Both the position numbers and the translations under genes were made by a program. Positions 47,308 through 64,000 of a DNA stretch of 64,000 nucleotides are shown here, piece by piece (position 1 is the first letter of the stretch; each line of letters begins with the position of its first letter). The notes beneath the pieces were generated by a model that saw nothing but the letters and a program-made list of their open reading frames with translations, had not been told where the DNA came from and ran no database searches. The stretch is taken from assembly GCA_963693365.1 (NCBI GenBank), contig CAVNZM010000010.1, forward strand, positions 3,224,001 through 3,288,000, written 5' to 3'. This stretch comes from Amoebidium appalachense (lineage: Eukaryota; Protista; Ichthyosporea).

Positions 47308-50135
47308 AATGCTCTGTATCCAATCTTCCTGAAAAAAAGGAAAATCGCAATGTAGAATTCTTCCTTGAAATGAGGAAAAATGCCCTTTGGTGGAATTCTT
47401 CCTGGAAATGAGGAAAAATGCCATGTGGCCAATCTTCCTGAAAACAAGGAAAATTGCCATGTGGAATTCTTCCTTGAAATGAGGAAAAATGCCCTTGAAA
47501 CGAGGAAAAATTCCCTGTAGCCAATCTTTCTGAAAACTAGGATAATCGCCATGTGGAATTTTTCCTTGAATGTGAGAAAAAATGCCCTGTGGTGGAGCTC
47601 TTCCTTGAAATTAAAAAAAAAAAAAATGCGCTTGAGCCAATCTTCCTGAAAACAAGAACTTTTCCAGGTGGAATTATTCCTTCAGCGCTGAAGACGCAGC
47701 ATCTCCAATCTGACGAACCGGCACGAATGAGGAAAAATGCCCTATAGCCCATCTTCCTGAGGACAAGGAAAATCGCCATATGGAATACAAATTGAAAACA
47801 GGATAATTTCCCTGTAGTGGAATTCTTCCTGGAAATGAGGAAAATGCCCTATAGCCAATGTTCGTGAAAACAAGGAAATTTGCCATGTATAAATTTTCCT
47901 TGAAATGAGGAAAAATACCCTGGAACCAATATTCCTGAAAACAAGGAAAGCAACATGTGGAGTTCTTCCTTGAAATGAGGAAAAATGCCCTGTGGTGGAA
48001 TTCTTGCTTGAAATGAGGAAAAATGCGCTGTAGCCAATCTTCCTGAAAACAAGGAAAGCCACCTATGGGGATTCTTCCTTGAAATGAGGAAAAATGCCCT
48101 GTCGTGGAACTCTTCCTTGAAATGAGGAAAGATGTGCTCATAGCCAATCTTCCTGCCAGTGAAATCAAGGAAAATTGCCACGTGGAATTTTTGTTTAAAT
48201 GAGAAAAAATGCCCTGTAGCCAATCTTCTTGAAAAAAAGGAAATTGCAATGTGGAATTATTCCTTGAAAATAGGAAAAATTCCCTGTGGTGGAATTCTTC
48301 CTGGAAATGAGGGAAAATGCCCTGTTGCTAAGAAGTTCCTGAAACCAAGGAAAAAAGCCGTGTGAAAATCTTCTTTGAAATGAGGAAAAATGAAAAATCC
48401 CCTGTAGCCAATCTCCCTGAACACAAGGAAAATCGCCATGTGGAATTCTTCCTTGGAATGAGGAAAAATGCCTTGAAGCCAATCTTCCTGAATACAAGGA
48501 AAATTGCGTTGTGGAATTCTTCCTCGAAATGAGGAAAAAAGCTCCTTTGCCAATCTTCCTGAAAACAAGGAAAATCTTCATGTGGAATTCTTCCTTGAAA
48601 TGAGGAAGAATGCCCTGTGGTGGAATTCTTCCTTAAAATGAGGAAAAATGCCCTGTAGCCAATCTCCCTGGACACAAGGAAATCGCCATGTGGAATTCTT
48701 CCTTGAAATGAGGAAAAATGCACAGTGCAGCCAATCTTTCTGAAAACAAGAAAATCCCCATGTGGGATTCTTCCTTGAAAGGAGGAAAAATGCTCTATAG
48801 CCAATCTTGCTGAAAACAAGGAAAATCGCCATATGGAATTCTTCATTGAAACGAGGAAAAATGCCCTGTAGCCAATCCCCATGGAAACAAGGAAATCGCC
48901 ATGTGGAATTCTTCTTTGAAATGAGGAAAAATGCACAGTGTAGCCAATTTTTCTGAAAATAAGAAAAATCGCCACGTGGGATACTTTCTTGAAATGAGAA
49001 AAAATGCCCTATAGCCAATCTTCCTGAAAACAAGGAAAATCGCCATGTGGAATATTGAAATGAGGAAGAATACCCTGTGGTGGAATTCTTCCTTGAAATA
49101 AGGAAAAATGCCCTGTAGCCAATCTCCCTGGAAACAAGGAAATTGCCATGTGGGTTTCTTCCTTGAAATGAGGAAAAATGCCCTTTAGCCAATCTTCCGG
49201 AAAACAAGCAAAATCACCATGTGGAATTCTGCCTTGAAACGAGGAAAAATACCCTGTGGCAGAATTCTTCCTTGGAATGCAGAGAAATGCACTGTGGCAA
49301 ATCTCCCTGAAATCGCCATGTGGAATCCTTCCTTGAAATGAGGAAAAATGCCATGAAGCAAATCTTCCTGAAAATAAGGAAAATCGCCATGACACTGTGG
49401 GATTTTTCTTTGAAATGAGGAAAAATACCCTGTAGCCAATCATCCTGAAAACATGGAAAATTGCTATGTGGAATTCTTTCTTGAAGTGAGGAAAATGCCC
49501 TGTGTGAGAATTCTTCCTGGAAATGAGGAAAAATGCCCTGTAGCCAATCTTTCTACCAGGGTTTCGGGTTAGGGTTTAGGGGTTTAACCATATAGCCAAT
49601 CTTCCTGAAAATAAGGAAAATCACCATGCGAAATTCTTCCTTGAAATGGAAAAAAGGAACTGTAGCCAATATTCCTGAACACAAGCAAGATCTTCATGTT
49701 TAATTTTCCCTTGAAATAAGGAATCCTGCCCTGTGGTGGAAATCTTCCTAGAAATGAGAAAAGCCATGTAGCCAATCTTCCTAAAAACAAGGAAAATCGC
49801 CATGCGGAATTCTTCCTTGAAATGTGGAGAAATGTCCTGTAGCCAATCTTCCTAAAAACAAGGGAAAAAGCCATGTGGAATTCTTCTTTGTAATGAGGAA
49901 AAATGCCCTGTTAACGTTGTGAAATTCTTCCTTGAAATGTAGAAAAATACCCTGTAGCGAATCTTCCTGAAAACAAGGAAAATCGCCATATGGAATTCTT
50001 CCTTGAAATGAGGAAGAATGCCCTGTGGTGGTCCTTGAAATCAGGAAAAATGCCCTGTAGCCAAGTTATCCTGAAAACAAGGAAAATCGCCATGTGGAAT
50101 ATCCTTGAAATCAGGAAAAATGCCCTGTGGTGGCA
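47308..50135. repeat. Satellite of 35-36 bp monomers, right segment (continuation of 26258-27005)
   Basis: Same monomers and orientation as the left segment; resumes mid-monomer (AATGCTCTGTATCCAATC). Confidence 0.95.
49558..49585 (+). repeat. Short degenerate telomere-like tract inside the satellite
   Basis: AGGGTTTCGGGTTAGGGTTTAGGGGTTT interrupts a monomer. Confidence 0.55.
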
Positions 50136-50403
50136 ACAACGTGTAGCCACTATGCCCATTTAGCTGCCGTCAGTGCTTGTGTGCACCATTAGCGTGGGTT
50201 CTTGCCTGCCCCACTGAGCTCCTATGACACATCGAGCCTTAGACTCAGCACGTGATACACAGCCACGAACTTCTGTGCGCTCAAGCTCATTAGCGTCCGC
50301 AACAGCCGGTGGATAATGCATTGAGCTGCTTAGCAGTGGATGTGTAGAATTCACACACCACATTTCCATTCTCCGCCCAAGTTTTCGGGGCCAACTGCAG
50401 TTG

Positions 50404-50998
50404 TTTTTATTTTTTATTTTTTATCTATTTTCTCCCGTTTCACTCCCGGCGAGGCACTGCCTCAGGGGAGCCTACCGTCTTCCGCCTAGACACAGATCGT
50501 ACTGTATAGCACACTCATAAGTCAGGATTCTAATTGACCCCAACTGGCACTATTTTTAGTTACGCCTTATCCCACGGTTCTAGCCGCAGCAACGCTAGTG
50601 GGGAAGTGAGCACAGCTCACTTTAACAACACCAGCCGGGAGCGACCCGGGACACATACACAAACATAAAGACTTGAAAGGGAAGACCCCATGCCCAGGAC
50701 GCTGACCCGAACCGTGGCCGGTGACTCGGATTGGTCTCCCACTTGAACGTTGGGCCGGGATGCCCAAGCGGCGTGCCGTCGACGTCAGAGGGCCGGTGCT
50801 GTTCATGACGTCATGTCTTGCGGCCGGATGATAACAAATTGGTGGTGCTGCTTGACGTGGTCTGGGGTGATGGCTTCTAGGGGGCGGCCAGGCCGGTGGA
50901 CCGTCGAGGCAGAACAAAAATCGGAAGTAACCAGGATCGATCCTGCGACTTTGAGCTTGACACGTAGAGACCTTACCATTGCACCAACCCGCCCCCCA
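50404..50998 (-). mobile_element. tRNA-derived SINE (~595 bp) with A-rich tail and 15-bp TSD
   Basis: On -: 5' GGGGGGCGGGT, A box TGGTGCAATGG (50976-50986), B-box-like GGATCGATCC in a CAGG..CCTG stem (~50932-50945), tail (A5-6T)n at 50404-50431. TSD GGCCAACTGCAGTTG at 50389-50403 and 50999-51013. Confidence 0.9.
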
Positions 50999-51087
50999 GG
51001 CCAACTGCAGTTGGGCAAAGGACAATAAGTGCATGTACGGGTATTTGTGTGTGTTGTGTGTGCATCACGGTGTGTGTTTGTGTGTGT

Positions 51088-51177
<90 letters not shown>

Positions 51178-51424
51178 TGTGTGTGTGTGGGTGGGTAGAC
51201 CAATGGTGTTTTGTAAGTCATTTTACAGCATTTCCAATATTTCCTCCAAGTTGATTTCTTTATGTTTCCGGAAATTTCCATTCATTTCGATTCCATTCTA
51301 CAGTTGATTTCTAAGCCATTTCCAAACGCTCAAAACTCTTCACTGACTGACTGATTTCCTTTTCCCTCCAGGGTACAATTCAGATGGTGTGTTTTTATGT
51401 GTGTGTGTGTGCGTGCGCGTGCGC

Positions 51425-51528
<104 letters not shown>

Positions 51529-51572
51529 AACCTGAAAAATGGGCCAGTCATACCGGCTGGGTTCCGGCCGTG

Positions 51573-63427
<11,855 letters not shown>

Positions 63428-63433
63428 CTGCAG

Positions 63434-63863
<430 letters not shown>

Positions 63864-64000
63864 CATGATGTTCTTTTTCATCTGTGCATATAGAAACCGG
63901 TGAAAAGTAGGGTTTCCAATCAACAAGTTTGCTCTGTGATATCAAGGGTGACCAACCCGCTCCAGTGGGCCACATAACCGGTAGGTCTACACTGGTGTCT

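Noticed and set aside
47182-50159. Overlapping F/S/R-rich ORFs on the - strand of the satellite (also 26233-27035)
   Set aside because: Open in all three frames because the monomer lacks stops on that strand; not protein-like.
50920-50998. Functional tRNA gene
   Set aside because: Degenerate B box and anticodon arm, no good acceptor stem, and embedded in a TSD-flanked A-tailed unit; it is a SINE head.

Overview
Eukaryotic, extremely intron-rich DNA. Introns are packed with poly-C and (CA)n on the sense strand; a unicellular holozoan-like genome is my inference only. Two convergent host genes enter from the window edges. On + (786-23726) is the 3' part of an RNF213/mysterin-like giant E3 ligase with a RING and an intact RZ finger. 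On - (63427-51573) are the last 18 exons of REV3, the DNA polymerase zeta catalytic subunit. Between their 3' ends lies a ~28 kb repeat island with four nested layers. A 35-36 bp higher-order satellite is split by a 5'-truncated LINE-like fragment. That fragment is split by a full-length but decayed Ty3/Gypsy chromovirus (5-bp TSD GTTTG). The chromovirus pol is split by a 10.85 kb TIR element (CATCAGCAAAGG ends, 2-bp AG TSD). This TIR element has no visible transposase but carries a spliced orphan gene, a CCAAT-rich candidate promoter, and 183-bp and 147-bp tandem arrays. A tRNA-derived SINE with a 15-bp TSD sits at 50404-50998. Most ORFs in the supplied track are artefacts of simple repeats.
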